Below are positions 1-9,462 of a stretch of DNA of 33,493 nt, in pieces (position 1 is the stretch's first letter; every line of letters begins with the position of its first letter). The translations under genes were made by a program, and so were the position numbers. The notes under the pieces were generated by a model. The model was not told the DNA's origin. It worked only from the letters and a program-made list of their open reading frames with translations, and made no database searches. The stretch is from Coleofasciculus chthonoplastes F2-STO-03 (GTDB lineage Bacteria > Cyanobacteriota > Cyanobacteriia > Cyanobacteriales > Coleofasciculaceae), in the NCBI GenBank assembly GCA_040222015.1, contig JAVJWO010000194.1, positions 1 through 33,493 on the forward strand, read 5' to 3'.

Positions 1-1
1 G

Positions 2-2704
2 CAGAATCACGTAGAGAATGCTGAAGCGGTTTTAACTGAGGTCTTGGATTGGACAGGAGGACAACCGTTTCTGACTCAAAAATTATGTTCTCTCATTGTT
101 CAAGAATGGGATACAATGGGTCAGGAATTCTATCCCGACAATCCATCGGCGGCTAATGAGATTGAGCTGTTAGTGCAACAGTGTATTATCGAAAACTGGG
201 AAGCCTGGGATGAACCAGAGCATTTGAGAACAATCCGCGATCGCATTCTGGCAAATGAACAGCGTGCAGGTAGATTACTGGGACTCTATCAGCATATTTT
301 ACAGCAGGGACAAATCCCCACAGACGAGAGTCCGGAACAAGTCGAATTACGACTGACAGGGTTGGTGGTGAAACGGCAAGGAAATTTAAAGGTTTATAAT
401 CCCATTTATGCCGGGATTTTTAACCATCGTTGGGTGGAGCAAGAATTAGCCAATCTGCGACCCTATAGTCAGGGAATTACTGCCTGGGAGGAATCGAACT
501 GTCAAGATCAATCACGGCTGTTGCAGGGACAGGCATTGCAAGAAGCCTTGGCGTGGGCAACTAATAAAAGTTTAAGCGATCGCGATTATCACTTTTTAGC
601 GGCTAGCCAAGAATTGGATAAACGAATGGCTTTGGAGTTAGAGAGAAAGCAAAAGGAGGCAGTCGAACAGGCAAATCAGATATTGGTTGAGGCGACACAT
701 AAAGCCCAACGCACGATTCGCATGGGCTTGGGCATCCTGTTCGTCTCGTTATTTGGCGCAGGAGTTGCAGGAATCGTCGTCAACTTAGTCATTAGAGAAC
801 TAAAACAGACGATGGAAAGTACTCGACTCGAACGGGTCAGTTTTCAAGCTTTGCAACGGTTTGAAAGTAGGGGTGACGAAATCGAAGGGTTACTTTTTGC
901 CATGGAAGCAGGGCAAGCTTTGCAAAAGCAGGCGCAAGATAGTCGTCTCCTCCCAGAGGAACTTACCACCAGTCCCGTTGTCGCCCTACAACAAATTCTT
1001 GACAACATTCGAGAACGGAATCAAATCAAAGGGCATCAGCAAAGAATATGGCATGTCAGTTTTAGTCCGAATAGTAAGTACATGGCGACGGCTTCATCAG
1101 ATGGCACTGCCCGACTGTGGGACTTATCTGGCAATCAAAAAGCTGAATTAAAGGGACATCAGGGTTGGGTAACCCATGTCAGTTTTAGCCCCAACGGTGA
1201 ATACATCGCCACGGCTGGGGAGGATGGTACTGCCCGATTGTGGGACTTATCGGGGAAAGAGCTTGTTGAATTCCGGGGGCATCAAGGTCAAGTCTGGAGT
1301 GTCAGTTTTAGCCCCAATGGAGAATACATCGCCACGGCTGGGGAAGACGGTATTGCCCGATTGTGGGACTTATCGGGGAAACAGCTCGTTGAATTCCGGG
1401 GGCATCAAGGCAAAGTCTTGAGTGTCAGTTTTAGCCCCAATAGTGAATACATTGCCACGGCTTCGGCTGATGGTACTGCCCGATTGTGGGATTTGTCTGG
1501 GAAGCAACTCGTTGAATTTCAAGGGGGGGTTCAGGGTACAGTCTTGAGTGTCGATTTTAGCCCGAATGGTGAGTATATTGCCACTGCCCATGACGATAGC
1601 ACTACCCGGTTGTGGGACTTGTCTGGCAATCAAATCGCTGAGTTGAAAGGGCATCAGGGCTGGGTAACCAGTGTCAGTTTTAGTCCCCATGGTGAGTACC
1701 TTGCCACAGCGAGTGAGGGCGGCATTGTTCGGTTGTGGGACTTGTTTAGCCACCAAAAAGCCGAATTTAGGGGACACCAGGGCTGGCTAACCAGTGTTAG
1801 CTTTAGCCCCAATGGACAATACATGGCTACGGCTTCATCGGATGGCACTGCCCGACTGTGGGACTTGTCTGGTAATCAAAAGGCTGAATTTAAGGGACAT
1901 CAGGGTTGGGTAACCCGTATCAGTTTTAGCCCGAATGGAGAATACATTGCCACGGCTGGGGAAGACGGTACTGCCCGATTGTGGGATTTATCGGGCAAGC
2001 AAAAAGCCGAATTTAAAGGACATCAGGACTGGTTAACCGATGTTAGCTTTAGCCCAAATGGGCAATACATGGCTACGGCTTCATCAGATGGTACTGCCCG
2101 ACTGTGGGACTTATCGGGCAAGCAAAAAGCCGAATTCAAAGGGCATCAAGGCTGGGTAACCAGTGTCAGTTTTAGCCCGAATGAGCCGTATATCGCCACG
2201 GCTGGTGAGGATGGCACAGTTCGATTCTGGCACTTATCGGGGAACCCGCTAACGGGATTTAAAGGGCATCAAGACTGGATAACGAATGTCAGCTTTAGCC
2301 CCACTGGAGAATACATCGCCACGGCTAGTCATGATGGTACTGCCCGATTATGGGATTTATCTGGCAACCTGCTTGCGGAATTTAAGGGGCATCAGGGTTG
2401 GGTAAGGAGTGTGAGTTTTAGCCCCAATGAACTGTATATCGCCACGGCTGGTGAAGACGGTACTGCCCGGTTGTGGGATTTATGGGGTAACCCGCTAGCA
2501 GAATTTAAGGGGCATCAGCGTGCAGCAACTAGTGTTAGTTTTAGCCCCGACGGAAAGTACCTTGCCACTGCATCCCATGATGGTACGGCACGGATATGGC
2601 GGGTTGAAGAATTAAATGAAATGCTCTTGCGAGGCTGCAATTGGCTCAACTATTACTTTGTTACCCATCCGAAAGCCTTAGAAAAATTAGAGGTTTGCCA
2701 GTAG
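2..2704 (+). CDS. AAA_35-type ATPase (C-terminal part) + TM helix + 13 WD40 repeats; 5' end lies outside the window
   Basis: Frame is open from base 2 ([29 protein letters not shown]). [13 protein letters not shown] and [16 protein letters not shown] are shared with the ATPase at 3018. Hydrophobic segment MGLGILFVSLFGAGVAGIVVNLVI is followed by 13 GH...WD repeats of ~41 aa. Confidence 0.9.
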   Translation, partial: QNHVENAEAVLTEVLDWTGGQPFLTQKLCSLIVQEWDTMGQEFYPDNPSAANEIELLVQQCIIENWEAWDEPEHLRTIRDRILANEQRAGRLLGLYQHILQQGQIPTDESPEQVELRLTGLVVKRQGNLKVYNPIYAGIFNHRWVEQELANLRPYSQGITAWEESNCQDQSRLLQGQALQEALAWATNKSLSDRDYHFLAASQELDKRMALELERKQKEAVEQANQILVEATHKAQRTIRMGLGILFVSLFGAGVAGIVVNLVIRELKQTMESTRLERVSFQALQRFESRGDEIEGLLFAMEAGQALQKQAQDSRLLPEELTTSPVVALQQILDNIRERNQIKGHQQRIWHVSFSPNSKYMATASSDGTARLWDLSGNQKAELKGHQGWVTHVSFSPNGEYIATAGEDGTARLWDLSGKELVEFRGHQGQVWSVSFSPNGEYIATAGEDGIARLWDLSGKQLVEFRGHQGKVLSVSFSPNSEYIATASADGTARLWDLSGKQLVEFQGGVQGTVLSVDFSPNGEYIATAHDDSTTRLWDLSGNQIAELKGHQGWVTSVSFSPHGEYLATASEGGIVRLWDLFSHQKAEFRGHQGWLTSVSFSPNGQYMATASSDGTARLWDLSGNQKAEFKGHQGWVTRISFSPNGEYIATAGEDGTARLWDLSGKQKAEFKGHQDWLTDVSFSPNGQYMATASSDGTARLWDLSGKQKAEFKGHQGWVTSVSFSPNEPYIATAGEDGTVRFWHLSGNPLTGFKGHQDWITNVSFSPTGEYIATASHDGTARLWDLSGNLLAEFKGHQGWVRSVSFSPNELYIATAGEDGTARLWDLWGNPLAEFKGHQRAATSVSFSPDGKYLATASHDGTARIWRVEELNEMLLRGCNWLNYYFVTHPKALEKLEVCQ

Positions 2705-2786
2705 CCGTTCAACTTTGTTCGCCCCGTTCGATAAAACGAGCCACTTTCTCATTTATTGCCTAGGAAATTTAACTATAATTTATGTC

Positions 2787-2831
2787 ATGTCAGAGACGAA
2801 CTATTACAAGGTAGGAGGAAGTTTAGAATAC
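2787..2831 (+). pseudogene. Relic 5' end of an AAA_35-family gene (MSETNYYKVGGSLEY)
   Basis: ATG at 2787. YKVGGSL is identical to the N-terminus of the 3018 protein ([10 protein letters not shown]), and similarity is lost after ~15 codons. Confidence 0.6.
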
Positions 2832-3017
2832 AGGATGCCTACACAAACAAATCCCTTGGGAAACCATGCTTCAACAAAGTTATTATGGATTTATCGAGGA
2901 TTTACCAAAGAATACTCGAAGTTTGCTCCCCCAGCTTGCCATAGTGCCATGGCACGTCTGAAACATGCTTCCCCTGCATCCTACCCCACAACAAGACTTA
3001 TTCAGTAAACCTAAACC

Positions 3018-6000
3018 ATGTATGAATATAAAGTCGGTGGGAGTCTCCCAGCTGATGCTCCCACCTATGTCTGGCGACAAGCCGATCGCGCTCTCTATAC
3101 AGCCTTAAAAGCGGGACTCTTTTGTTATGTCCTGAATTCCCGACAGATGGGCAAATCCAGCTTGCGAGTCCAAACCATGACGCGACTCCAGTCGGAAGGA
3201 ATTGCCTGTGCTGCGATTGATTTAACCGAAATTATTAGTCCCGATATTACGCCGAGTGAATTTTATGGCAGTATTACCTATACTCTAGCTGATAGTTTTC
3301 ATCTCCTGGAGAAAATTGGCGACTTTGATAGCTGGTGGAGCAACTATGAAACCCTATCCAGTACCCAGGGATTAGTGCGATTTATTAAAGATGTCCTTCT
3401 CAAACATCAATCGCTTTTGGGAAAAAAATTAATTATCTTTGTCGATGAAGTAGACAGTGTTCTACGTTTACCTTTTTCCGTGAATGACTTTTTTGGTTTA
3501 ATTCGCGCTTGTCACAATAATCGCGCGGATCAACCGGAATATAACCGCCTCACCTTTGCGATTTTAGGCGTGGCGTCGCCAACGGATTTAATTCGTTCCC
3601 AAGCCTATACTCTTCCGTTCAACTGTGGAGAAGCGATTGAATTAACGGGTTTTCGCTTAGAGGAAGCTGAACCCATTACCACCGGGTTAACCGTTAAATC
3701 CGCCAATTCCCAGGAACTGATGAAAGCGTTACTCAGTTGGACACAGGGACAACCGTTCCTGACGCAGAAACTCTGCAAGCTGATTGTCGAAGCTGAGGAT
3801 GCACCGCCGCTGGGTCAAGAATCCCACTGGGTTGAGCAACTGGTGCGATCGCGCATTTTGGAAAACTGGGAAAGCCACGATGAACCCGAACATTTACGCA
3901 CCATTCGCGATCGCTTACTCCGAAATGAACAACGCAGTCGTTCCCTGTTAAAACTTTACCAAAAAATCCTATCTTCGTCTCATTCCTATGCCATTAATGG
4001 GATATCAGACTTTGGCACTTCCCCAAATCGATACGGAGAAATTATTGATGATGATAGTCCTGAACAAATGGAACTACGATTATCGGGATTAGTAGTCAAA
4101 CAAGGGAGTATTTTAAACGTTCACAATCGCATTTATCGGTCAGTTTTTAACCCCAGTTGGGTAAAAAAACATCTAGCCGCTTTAGAACCTGAACCTCAGT
4201 ATTCCCAATTTCAGAAAACTCTAGCTGAAATGGAGCGAAAACTGTTAGTCTCTCAACTAGCTTGTGTTGCTGATGGTAGAGATTCGGCGCAGGCGCTGTA
4301 TGAGGTGTTGCGAGACGTAACCTTACGCATTGGTGATTTACTCAGCGCTGATCGAGCGACCATCTTTTTACTCAATGAAGAGAAAACGGAACTTTGGTCA
4401 GTCGTGGCTGAGAATGAAGGGAGTGAATTTCTGGATATTCAGGTACGATTAGGGGAAGGAATTGCGGGTCAAGTGGCAAAAACTCGAAAATCCATTAATA
4501 TTCGCTCGAATGTTTACCAAGATGCGCGGTCTGAATTGGTTAAAGCCTATGACGAAAAATACAATTATTATACCTATAATGTCTTGGCGTTGCCAATTAC
4601 CAATGAAAATCAGCAAGTTATTGCTGTCATTCAATTACTCAACAAATTAAAGCGACCCAAAAACTCCGATAATCAGGGACATTGGTTAATCAATCGCCAC
4701 GGTTTTAGTCAACGTGATCAAAAGCAATTAGCAGAATTTGTTCCAGCAATTTGCCGAATTCTGGAAAGCTGTCAATCCTGTTATCGTGCCACAAAGAAAC
4801 TGCGAGCAACCGCTGCTTTAGCCGAAGCCACTCGTTCCCTAGATAAAAGTAGTTTAGACATTCAAGAAATCCTGCCACGAGTCATGGATGCGGCGAAGAA
4901 ACTGATGAATGCTGACCGCAGTACCTTATGGCTTTTGGATCGCGATCGCCGTGATTTGTGGACTAAAATTCCCCAAGCTGATGGTTCCTTAACCCAAATG
5001 CGAGTCCCTGTCGGTGTAGGATTTGTAGGTAAGGTGGCGAAAACGGGTCAACCTCTGAATATTCCTTTTGATCTGTATGATCATCCCGATGCGACGAATT
5101 CGCGCAAATTTGACCGCACCACGGGTTATCGCACCTGTAGCTTGCTCTGTATGCCTGTTTTTAACGCCGATGGTGAATTAATTGGCGTGACGCAATTGGT
5201 TAATAAACGCAAGTCGAGACCTTTCCCCGCTTATAAACCTGAAAATTGGCCCCAACCGCCTGAACAATTTAAAGCCAGTTTTGATGAGCATGACTGCCAG
5301 TCTATGCAAGTGTTTAATGAGCGAGTGGGTGTGATTTTGCAATATGCCAAGACTCATGAAACCTTAAAGCAGTTTACCCAAATTCAACCCAAAGAAGGGG
5401 TTCACAATACCCTGGTGATGCTAAATCAAGCCGTGGGCAATCGTAGTGATGAAGTGATGCATAACATGCTAAATTTTATTGCCAAATCAGTGACCAAGAC
5501 CCTGGATACTGAACAGACTACGATTTTTGTCTTGAATAGCGAAAACCAAGCGTTTTGGTCATTAATTGTTGATAATGAAACGGGGAAATTAAGAGAAGTT
5601 CAGCTTGCTGCTGATGGAAGCGAGTTAGCCTCTATCTCTAAACCAATGCGACATCGAATTAGTCAGAACCATCCCAGCCTCTCGACGTTAATTCAAACCG
5701 CTACTCCTCAGTTTAAGGATTATCTGATTCACAGTCATTTAGTCTATCCTATCGTCAATTCGCAGCAGACTGTAGTAGCACTGATTGAATTAATTAATAA
5801 ACTCAAACCTACTAGCGATCGCGGCGCACCATTATCTGAACGCATTGACCCTCAAGGGTTTAGGAAAGACGACGAAAAGCACCTGGCTCAATCTGTCCCT
5901 TCAATTCTGCCGATTCTGGAAGGCGTACAATCCTTTTATCGAGAAATGCGGATCATTCAGGGACGCCAAGCGATCGATGCATTATGGTTAGCAATTAGTT

Positions 6001-6563
6001 CAATTAGTCAAGGGAATTGGACCTCTCAGGAAATTCTGCAAAAAGTCATGGATGCAGCGCAAACGTTGACCAATGCTGATCGCAGTATCCTGTGGCTAGT
6101 TGATCGCCAACGAGGTGATTTATGGACTGAACTTCCCGGTGTTGGCGAAATTCGCTGTGAAATTGGTATGGGTTTTGCGGGTCAAGTGGCAGCATCTAGT
6201 AAGCTAATGATGATTCCCTATGACTTGTATGACCATGATGGCGCATTACACGCCAAACAAATGGATTTAGAAACCGGATATCGCACCTATAGTTTACTCT
6301 GTATGCCTGTTTTAAGTCGCGATGGGGAGTTATTGGGGGTGACACAGTTACTCAACAAGCGCAAACGGGGGACTTTTTCCCAGGATCAATCTGCTGATTG
6401 TCTGGAAGTTCCTGATTATTTTAAGACAAGTTTTAATGAACGCGATCGACGATATATGGAGATATTCAATAATCAAGTCGCTGTGATTGTTCAAAGCAAT
6501 CAACAGCAGGATGTATTAAAAAGTGAAATTTTGGGTAGGCTGTCTAAAGCGTCAGTCGAGTAA
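3018..6563 (+). CDS. AAA_35-type ATPase fused to four GAF domains (two CyaB2-like GAF-A/GAF-B pairs)
   Basis: Walker A-like NSRQMGKSS and Walker B IIFVDEVD. Four NK...F...D GAF motifs: LNKLK..GFSQRD, VNKRK..SFDEHD, INKLK..GFRKDD, LNKRK..SFNERD. Confidence 0.9.
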   Translation: MYEYKVGGSLPADAPTYVWRQADRALYTALKAGLFCYVLNSRQMGKSSLRVQTMTRLQSEGIACAAIDLTEIISPDITPSEFYGSITYTLADSFHLLEKIGDFDSWWSNYETLSSTQGLVRFIKDVLLKHQSLLGKKLIIFVDEVDSVLRLPFSVNDFFGLIRACHNNRADQPEYNRLTFAILGVASPTDLIRSQAYTLPFNCGEAIELTGFRLEEAEPITTGLTVKSANSQELMKALLSWTQGQPFLTQKLCKLIVEAEDAPPLGQESHWVEQLVRSRILENWESHDEPEHLRTIRDRLLRNEQRSRSLLKLYQKILSSSHSYAINGISDFGTSPNRYGEIIDDDSPEQMELRLSGLVVKQGSILNVHNRIYRSVFNPSWVKKHLAALEPEPQYSQFQKTLAEMERKLLVSQLACVADGRDSAQALYEVLRDVTLRIGDLLSADRATIFLLNEEKTELWSVVAENEGSEFLDIQVRLGEGIAGQVAKTRKSINIRSNVYQDARSELVKAYDEKYNYYTYNVLALPITNENQQVIAVIQLLNKLKRPKNSDNQGHWLINRHGFSQRDQKQLAEFVPAICRILESCQSCYRATKKLRATAALAEATRSLDKSSLDIQEILPRVMDAAKKLMNADRSTLWLLDRDRRDLWTKIPQADGSLTQMRVPVGVGFVGKVAKTGQPLNIPFDLYDHPDATNSRKFDRTTGYRTCSLLCMPVFNADGELIGVTQLVNKRKSRPFPAYKPENWPQPPEQFKASFDEHDCQSMQVFNERVGVILQYAKTHETLKQFTQIQPKEGVHNTLVMLNQAVGNRSDEVMHNMLNFIAKSVTKTLDTEQTTIFVLNSENQAFWSLIVDNETGKLREVQLAADGSELASISKPMRHRISQNHPSLSTLIQTATPQFKDYLIHSHLVYPIVNSQQTVVALIELINKLKPTSDRGAPLSERIDPQGFRKDDEKHLAQSVPSILPILEGVQSFYREMRIIQGRQAIDALWLAISSISQGNWTSQEILQKVMDAAQTLTNADRSILWLVDRQRGDLWTELPGVGEIRCEIGMGFAGQVAASSKLMMIPYDLYDHDGALHAKQMDLETGYRTYSLLCMPVLSRDGELLGVTQLLNKRKRGTFSQDQSADCLEVPDYFKTSFNERDRRYMEIFNNQVAVIVQSNQQQDVLKSEILGRLSKASVE

Positions 6564-6681
6564 CAAAAGTTAGGGATTAATTAAATCCATTGTCTGGTTT
6601 CCCTTTAGATACGATAGGGGCTGGCTTTGGCACAATTGTATGTAGGGGCGGGTTTAGGGACTAAATTCCGCTATTTACCGA

Positions 6682-6810
6682 TAACGGAACAACAAAACCC
6701 GCCCTCCCCACCATTAACGGAACAACAAAACCCGCCCTCCCCACCATTAACGGAACAACAAAACCCGCCCTCCTCACCGATAATGGAACAACAAAACCCG
6801 CCCTAGCTCA
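6682..6810. repeat. 33-bp tandem repeat x4 (TAACGGAACAACAAAACCCGCCCTCCCCACCAT)
   Basis: Units start at 6682, 6715, 6748 and 6781. Each contains AAACCCGCCC, complementary to the GGGGCGGGTTT arm at 6645-6655. Confidence 0.9.
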
Positions 6811-6830
6811 CCGATAACCGAATGAGGACA

Positions 6831-6863
6831 AGATCCCCGACTTCTTCAAGAAGTCGGGGATCT
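6831..6863. repeat. Perfect palindrome AGATCCCCGACTTCTT-C-AAGAAGTCGGGGATCT; possible terminator between convergent genes
   Basis: 16-bp perfect inverted repeat read directly, lying between the 3018-6563 (+) and 6927-7067 (-) genes. Confidence 0.85.
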
Positions 6864-6926
6864 GAGCAAGGGATCTGAGCATCTAGCATTTCCCAACTTA
6901 AATAGGATGGCTAAATCACACCTAAT

Positions 6927-7067
6927 TTATCGCCGTTCCTTGGGGCGATCGCCTTCAAAGGGTTGAACACCTGTATCTGGATATTCATCATCGTTAGCGC
7001 CGAAAATCCGCTTGACACCTCCCCAAAGGTAGTCAAACATCTCCTGTACTCGTTCTACAATTGTCAT
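6927..7067 (-). CDS. atpT: 46-aa AtpTheta-like protein (cyanobacterial ATP synthase inhibitor, Norf1 family); absent from the ORF track
   Basis: MTIVERVQEMFDYLWGGVKRIFGANDDEYPDTGVQPFEGDRPKERR*, with GGAGG 6 nt before the ATG. An amphipathic N-terminal helix plus RIF..xDDxYPxxGVQPFxGD matches my recollection of AtpTheta. Confidence 0.72.
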   Translation of the reverse strand: MTIVERVQEMFDYLWGGVKRIFGANDDEYPDTGVQPFEGDRPKERR

Positions 7068-7402
7068 AGCTTTCCTCCACAGGTTATCGTCAAAACCGAT
7101 TTAAAATACGTTATTGATAAATTAGGGCAAATACCCATCCCCAATTTAGGATAAAAAAGACGTTGTGTCTAGTTCGCTTAACCGAATCCTAGTTTTCACG
7201 CTTGTTGACTTGAATCAGTATCTGCGTATTTATACTCAAAGCAAGTGATAACTTGAAAGTCAGTGATTCAGTTTAACCGGGGATGAGCTACTCTTGTGAC
7301 AACTGTACTTGAGAATATATGGCGCTAACCATCATCCTCTAAAAGTGGTACTCTGGCGACTCTTCAACTAAAGTCCAGGTGTCAATCAATACAGCGCTGT
7401 CC

Positions 7403-7768
7403 TTATTCCATCTCAAGTTCAGGTTCTCGTTGAGCAAAGTAGTTACTCAAGAAGGTATTAACCAGAGATAGGACAATCGGACCTAAAATAAACGCGGGTA
7501 AGCCCTGAACGGCAAATCCAGGTACAGCTACAGCAGCTAACCAAAAACACAATCCATTGACCACCAAAGAAAATAATCCGAGTGTCACGATATTCAATGG
7601 GAGAGATAGCACAGACAGAATTGGCTTAATAAATGAGTTCACCACGCCAATGGATGCAGCCCCTAATAAAGCCGCTATAAACGTGGCTAGGTCAACACCT
7701 GGAACAATTAGATCAACAACCAATAAGCTCAAGGCTGTAGCTAACAAGGTAAAAAAGAATGCCTTCAT
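7403..7768 (-). CDS. Phage holin family 4-TM membrane protein (YvlD/DUF360-like)
   Basis: Four hydrophobic segments and the IKPILSVLSLPLNIVTLGLFSLVVNG motif. ATG at 7768 is preferred over the TTG at 7795. Confidence 0.85.
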   Translation of the reverse strand: MKAFFFTLLATALSLLVVDLIVPGVDLATFIAALLGAASIGVVNSFIKPILSVLSLPLNIVTLGLFSLVVNGLCFWLAAVAVPGFAVQGLPAFILGPIVLSLVNTFLSNYFAQREPELEME

Positions 7769-7850
7769 AAATTTTTCCTCACTTGTAATGTTCAAATATC
7801 TGAAAAAACGATACTCCTCTTACTATCCATCTCTATGGGTCTGATCGTCA

Positions 7851-7866
7851 TCTCTACAGAGATAGA
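7851..7866 (-). promoter_or_regulatory. Putative operator (TCTATC-N4-GATAGA family) upstream of the holin-like gene
   Basis: Minus strand TCTATC-TCTG-TAGAGA; 23 nt further is GATAGT (7827-7822), a weak -10. Confidence 0.5.
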
Positions 7867-7905
7867 TTTTACAGCCTGTCAGATTAGCTTTCTATATAAA
7901 TTGAG

Positions 7906-7983
7906 GTAGGTTGGGTCGAGGAACGAGACCCAACACAAGCTGCCTTTAGCCTGAGGGGTTTCACGTCGTTTAACCCAACCTAC
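7906..7983. repeat. Paired REP-like element GTAGGTTGGGT...ACCCAACCTAC with internal hairpins
   Basis: Terminal 11-bp inverted repeat read directly. Confidence 0.75.
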
Positions 7984-8037
7984 CAAAGTAACACCAAGGA
8001 GTTGATTCACCTTACCTACGCCACAATTACGACAAAA

Positions 8038-8082
8038 TCATTCTCCAGATGGAGGTTAATAGCCTAGTTTAGCCGTTAAGCT
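8038..8082 (+). promoter_or_regulatory. Putative operator plus -10 box of yqaE
   Basis: TCATTC-TCCA-GATGGA (8038-8053), 23 nt, TAAGCT (8077-8082). Confidence 0.5.
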
Positions 8083-8119
8083 CTATAGAGTAACCGACAA
8101 ACTGAATTTATTAATCCTT

Positions 8120-8293
8120 ATGAAATTACTCCGAATAGTTTTGGGAATCCTGCTCCCACCTGTGGGCGTTTTTCTGACCACAGGAATTAGTTCAGCCTTT
8201 TTAATTAACATTTTGTTAACTTTACTGGGTTTGCTTCCGGGTTCCATTCACGCGGTTTGGGTTATTGTCAAACATGAAGAAAAATACGCTTAA
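8120..8293 (+). CDS. YqaE/Pmp3 (UPF0057) small membrane proteolipid, 57 aa; absent from the ORF track
   Basis: MKLLRIVLGILLPPVGVFLTTGISSAFLINILLTLLGLLPGSIHAVWVIVKHEEKYA*, with typical LPP.GV and INILLTLLG..PG.IHA.W motifs. Confidence 0.93.
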   Translation: MKLLRIVLGILLPPVGVFLTTGISSAFLINILLTLLGLLPGSIHAVWVIVKHEEKYA

Positions 8294-8307
8294 TACCGCC
8301 CCTTTGT

Positions 8308-8336
8308 AGAGACGTGCCGTGGCACGTCTCTTTTTT
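8308..8336 (+). terminator. REP-derived hairpin followed by a T-run, between convergent yqaE and lipid kinase genes
   Basis: AGAGACGTGCC-GT-GGCACGTCTCT then TTTTT. Partial copies of this palindrome occur at ~2944-2960 and ~19314-19333. Confidence 0.6.
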
Positions 8337-9237
8337 AGTTTGGCTGCATCGGCATAAAGACCGTTAAACCTCCAGGAATACAGTCCACATGAATTGGAGT
8401 TTCGCCAATAATTTCTCCATCCAAGACAATTTTCTGGGCAGGTTGCGTGGTCACTTTAACATAGCGAGTTCTGATATATTTAATATCCTCATGTTCTGCA
8501 CTTTCCCCCAAAATCGCCGATTGTAGAAGTTCATAAGAGGCGGCAATTACATTGGTTTGATCTTTGGGAGTGACGACGGTTAAATCCAGAAGTCCATCAT
8601 CATAAACAATACCAGCCGGTCCTTGAGCCAAAATAGATGTCGGCGGTGCGGCATTAGCTACCGTTACTGCCCCGGCTGCAATTGTAAAGGTATTCTCGTC
8701 TGTCTCAATCTTTGCCTCAAAGGACTCCAACTCACTGAGATTTTGTAGTCCTGATACGACATAAGCCAGCATACCAAAATTATTTTTTAGCTCTCGATCT
8801 GCCTCTTCAACAGTTTTAGCTTCAAAGCCAATTCCGGCTAGCAGTACCATCGGCTTGCCATTACATCGACCCACATCAATTTTCTTAGTTTTTCCGTCTA
8901 AAATCGTTTGACATGCTGCTTTAATCGTGTCATGAATTCCCAAAGCGGAGGCAATAGCGTTAGCCGTTCCCCGGGGAATAATACCCAAAGGAATACCTGT
9001 TTCCACCAGTGCGCCAGCCGCCGCCGACAGCGTCCCATCTCCTCCAGACGCAATGATAGTCTGAATACCTCGCTCAACGGCAGTTTTCGTCAGTTGAGCC
9101 GCATCCTTGTCTGGCGTGGTGCATTGAACATCGAGTTCAATTTCTGGCTCCAAAATATTAACGATTTTCTTTAAATCTTTGTCGGGGTCACTTTGACCCG
9201 CAACAGGATTAAAAATCAGGCACGCTGAACGAGTCAT
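8335..9237 (-). CDS. Diacylglycerol kinase-family lipid kinase (YegS/Rv2252/BmrU)
   Basis: IFNPVAG, GGDGT, IPRGTANA, GIGFEA and DDGLLD motifs. Confidence 0.93.
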   Translation of the reverse strand: MTRSACLIFNPVAGQSDPDKDLKKIVNILEPEIELDVQCTTPDKDAAQLTKTAVERGIQTIIASGGDGTLSAAAGALVETGIPLGIIPRGTANAIASALGIHDTIKAACQTILDGKTKKIDVGRCNGKPMVLLAGIGFEAKTVEEADRELKNNFGMLAYVVSGLQNLSELESFEAKIETDENTFTIAAGAVTVANAAPPTSILAQGPAGIVYDDGLLDLTVVTPKDQTNVIAASYELLQSAILGESAEHEDIKYIRTRYVKVTTQPAQKIVLDGEIIGETPIHVDCIPGGLTVFMPMQPN

Positions 9238-9386
9238 GACTATTAATTACTGTCTTAAGAGTTTTGATTAGGCTAGGGCAATGTAAAAAAATAATGCCGC
9301 TGCTTAGGGTTAAACTGGTGGTTTATTTTATTATAATAGCCAACCTAAACTATTGCTATCTATAATAATACCTATTTCTAAAGGTG

Positions 9387-9430
9387 TACGTCTTCAGATA
9401 GACGTATAAGTATACCGGATTCGATATAAT
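9387..9430 (+). promoter_or_regulatory. Putative operator plus -10 box of csbD
   Basis: TACGTC-TTCA-GATAGA (9387-9402), 22 nt, perfect TATAAT (9425-9430). Confidence 0.55.
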
Positions 9431-9462
9431 TTATGGTGTAGAAGTTAATTAAATATATCACT

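Noticed and set aside
2715..3008. 97-aa ORF as a real gene
   Set aside because: Only residues 25-39 look protein-like (AAA_35 start); the rest runs through repeat-like DNA.
6682..6810. Possible CRISPR array (33-bp periodicity)
   Set aside because: Units are head-to-tail with no unique spacers and there are no cas genes; it is a tandem repeat.
6963..7154. 63-aa plus-strand ORF
   Set aside because: Antisense to the better supported AtpTheta-like ORF; TTG start and no motif.
7403..7768. Prophage inferred from the holin-family gene
   Set aside because: No endolysin, structural or integrase genes; this family commonly occurs as a chromosomal membrane protein.
9373..9388. Fifth copy of the shared operator for the lipid kinase gene (TATTTC-TAAA-GGTGTA)
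   Set aside because: Poor match, and the nearest TAN3T is 20 nt away rather than 22-23.
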